A program made the position numbers and the translations under genes. The notes under the pieces are model-generated. The model saw only the letters and a list, made by a program, of their open reading frames with translations, searched no databases and was not told the DNA's origin. Source: Mobula hypostoma (taxonomy: Eukaryota). Taken from it: a stretch of DNA of 64,000 nucleotides. Below, piece after piece: positions 61,841-64,000 of the stretch. The DNA is taken from positions 8,558,001 to 8,622,000 of the forward strand of contig NC_086109.1 in NCBI RefSeq assembly GCF_963921235.1, in the 5' to 3' direction. Numbering within the stretch: the stretch's first letter is position 1; each line of letters opens with the position of its first letter.

Positions 61841-63409
61841 GCAGTGAGGCAGTTGGTTAACACTATTACAGCACCAATAACCAGGGCTCACCTCCTAGTG
61901 CTGTCTGGAAGGAGTTTGTATGTTCTCCCCGTGACTGCGTGGGATCCTTCAGGTGCTCCAATTTCCTCCCACAGCCTAAAGATGTACAAGTTAGTAGGTT
62001 AACTAGTTACATGGGAGTGTGTTTGGGCGGCGCGGTCTCATTGGAACAGATACTGTTACTATACTGTATCTCCAAATGAAAATGAAAAAGCTGCACCTCA
62101 GATACCTTCTAAAACTTTCACCTCTCACCTTGTACTTTTGCCCTCTAGTTGATAGTTGCCCTTTCCCTGTATGCTTTCCCCCTATATATACCCATCATGG
62201 GTGGTGGAGTGGAGATAAGTCTCTACCAAAGGAGGTGTAAGGCACCCCCTTCCTTCCACTAGTCTACAGGTCACCCTTAGGCAAGGTGTAGCACCTGGTT
62301 AACCCCCTCCCGGTCAGAGTCACGTGAAGCCATGGGAGCAGGTGGCAGATGGTCGTATGAGCAGCTGGTGCACATCACAAGTCCTGCTTGTGGGACCACT
62401 GACGAAGAGTACTGATCCAGAGGAAAGCAACACAAGCTTGTCTAACGTCTCATTATAGCACATGCTCTCTAATCCAGGTGAACCTCTTCTGCACCCTCTT
62501 GAAAGCCTCCACGACCTTTAAGTTGTGGGGGAGACCGGAACAGAATGCAATACTGCAGATGTAGCCTAACCAGAGTTTTGTAAAACTGCAGTGTAACTCC
62601 CTGACTCTTGAACTGAATGTCTTGATTTATAAAGGCAAGCACCTCAAACACCTTCTTCACTACCCTACTGTAGAACGTAGAATTTTACCACACAGGAACT
62701 CTTCAGCCTTCGTTGTTGTGCCATACTAATTAAACTAGTAATTAAACGCCTAACTAAAGTAATCAAATCTTCGTACACAATGTCTACAACGCTCCATTCC
62801 CTGCAAATTCGTATCTCTTAAATGCCACATTCGTATCTGCTTCCATCACCATCCTGGGTAACACTTACCAGGCACTCCATAAAAAACCACACACCTTTGA
62901 ACTTTACCTTATTCATCTTAAATGCATGCCCCCTCGTATTAAACATCTTTACCTTGAGTAGGAGCATTATCTATGACTCTCAAAATGTCATAGACTTTCT
63001 ATGTGTGACAATAAATTATTACCGAATAAGTAATCCTCCAGTGACCTGGTGGGTTGAGGAAGGTCAGCTGGCGTTCAGACATGTTTCTCTCCTCTCGTGA
63101 ATTAATGCCTTTCCAAGCAGATTCAGCAAATGCAACCTCCGTCTCATAAGAGCAGGTTGAAGTCATAAAGAAAGTAATTAATAGGAGTTTCAGTTTCTCA
63201 ATAGAGGCCGACAGCAAGCTCCCAACAGTAACAAGATGATTCTCACCCCAATAAAATGCTTGGGGGAAGGAAAGAAACTTGCTGCATTTGTCGATGCTTG
63301 CACTTTGTGGCAGTACTAGGTAGGACAATAGTAAGACCATAAGACAGATACTGGAGCAGAATTAAGCCATTTGGCCCATCAAGCTACTCCTGCATTCAAT
63401 CATGGCAGA

Positions 63410-63752
63410 CTCACACAACCTTTCAACTTGTCCATCCTCATTCCAAAGTACAGCCTCCTCCTGGTAGGACTCTCCACATACTGTTTCAGAAAACCCTTCT
63501 GGATGCATGCTATGAATTCTGTCTAAGCTCCCTGCACTCAGACAACTCCAGACAATAGAAGGAGTATTACATTCCCCCATTACTACAGTATAATTCCATT
63601 ACACTTACACCTTTTTGTAATCTGCCTACATATCTGTTTTTGTGCTTCCTGCTGACTGCAGGGAGGCTCGCTGTACAATCCCTTCAAATTTACTGCCTCT
63701 TTCTTATTCCTAAATTCTACCATATGGCTTAAATGAACAGGATATTGTAAGC
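63410..63752 (-). repeat. Copy B of the inverted duplication (matches 18590-18930), followed by a CR1 3' end running to the window edge
   Basis: ORF 63362-63580 is almost identical to ORF 18760-18942. Confidence 0.85.
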
Positions 63753-64000
63753 CATAAGACCATTAGCATAGGAGCAGAATTAGGCCATTCAGCCCATCGA
63801 GTCTGCCCCCCCATTTCATCATGGCTGATTTATTATCTCTCTCAATCCCATTTGCCTGCCTTCTCCCCATAACCTTTGACACCCTTACTAATCAAGAACC
63901 TATCGACTTCCACTTTAAATAAACCCAATGACTTGACCTCCGCAGCCATCCGTGGCAATGAATTCCACAGATTCACCACCCTCTAGCTAAAGAAATGCCT

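Overview
This is eukaryotic, repeat-dominated vertebrate DNA, not prokaryotic. The mix of repeats (CR1 LINEs with (CATAGAA)n/(CATAAGAC)n-type tails, V-SINE/HE1-like SINEs, abundant Penelope-derived elements) points to a cartilaginous fish such as a ray or shark; this is inferred from repeat content only. I recognise no intact host protein-coding gene. Nearly all ORFs in the track are fragments or antisense frames of transposons: CR1, Rex1/Babar, RTE, two Penelope lineages, solo LTRs, Tc1, mariner, pogo/Tigger, hAT and a Chapaev3-type element. Five observations stand out. (1) A ~1.06 kb, 20-21 bp period minisatellite (1584-2645) whose unit is a composite AP-1 (TGAGTCA) plus NF-kB (GGGA[A/G]TTCCC) motif. 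(2) Many Penelope-derived elements carrying minimal hammerhead-ribozyme cores, including a fold-back copy with a 13 bp TSD. (3) A CpG-rich promoter-like island with minus-strand splice signals (20699-21140). (4) An inverted duplication 45 kb apart with a gene-conversion-like identity step. (5) Three different Tc1/mariner elements inserted at the same TA site in copies of one LINE tail. Family assignments come from motif recognition, not database searches, and boundaries without a TSD are approximate.
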